From NCBI GenBank assembly GCA_964199315.1, contig OZ116699.1, forward strand, positions 37,076,001 to 37,140,000: 64,000 nucleotides of DNA, given 5' to 3'. The translations under genes were made by a program, and so were the position numbers. This stretch comes from Orbicella franksi. Lineage: Eukaryota. Of this stretch, positions 63,411 through 64,000 are shown piece after piece (the first letter of the stretch is position 1; each line of letters opens with the position of its first letter). The notes beneath the pieces were generated by a model. That model was not told the origin of the DNA, searched no databases, and saw only the letters and a list, made by a program, of their open reading frames with translations.

Positions 63411-64000
63411 GTTTGACAAAACTTTGGTAGGAAAAAATCACCGTTCGCACTTGTAAAACGGAACTGCTGACAGATATTTTTGCAAAATGAACAAAAATAA
63501 AGAAAATTGGCTTGGTGCGTACGACCTCAGCTCTTAACTTGTTTAGAAAAACGCGTTAAAATAAGCTAAGTTTACGGAGCTCGAAACTTACCGCGTGTGG
63601 AGACGTACTACGTTGTACTTCTTTGCGATCAAGAATATCGAGATCGCTGAAGCGTTTTCCTTTTAGCATCATTGAGCCCAATGAGCCATCCAGTTCCATA
63701 CACGTCAAGGTTGCTCTTCCATTCAATGCAGACGCCACAAACTCCGCAGCGCAGGGCTAAGGATTTCAATCTTTTTCCAAGCTTCATAAAGGCTCTTGAA
63801 GGGATAGACGAAAGGGCCCTTCTTTAATTGATACTGAGACAGAGAGTCACGATCGCTGAATTTATCTTCGTAAATCTTCGTGCAGTTGTCGGCAAAAACA
63901 AAATGGCGGCACGAGTTTCGAAGACGTATTTTGGACGACGACTAGAGCAATTTGAATCGAATCAAATTCACTCTTTCTTATTTTACACTGCTATCTCCTA

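Noticed and set aside
63222-63456. Cys-rich short ORFs
   Set aside because: Translations of the GGTCTGCA tandem array.

Overview
AT-rich eukaryotic genomic DNA with spliceosomal introns, dense transposon debris and four N-gaps. The repeat families look like those of an anthozoan or stony coral (inference, not proven). The main content is a head-to-tail cluster of three paralogous multi-exon genes on the + strand: about 4.5-17.0 kb, 22.0-31.1 kb and 39.5-48.7 kb. I reconstructed them by hand from splice sites, and all reading frames and intron phases are consistent. They encode single-pass receptors: signal peptide, Ig domain (gene 2 only), three FN3-type domains, TM, and a short kinase-less Tyr-motif tail. 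Sequence motifs and exon phases resemble gp130 (IL6ST)-type class I cytokine receptors, but WSXWS and Box1 are missing. The window also holds an intronless class A GPCR (58.8-59.9 kb) and a decayed Ty3/Gypsy element. A full-length RTE LINE sits inside a PIF/Harbinger element. There is also a foldback/Mutator-like element with a 9-bp TSD, a Penelope-like insertion with hammerhead-like motifs that rewrote the C-terminus of receptor 3, plus SINEs, MITEs, satellites and a RecQ-like helicase fragment.
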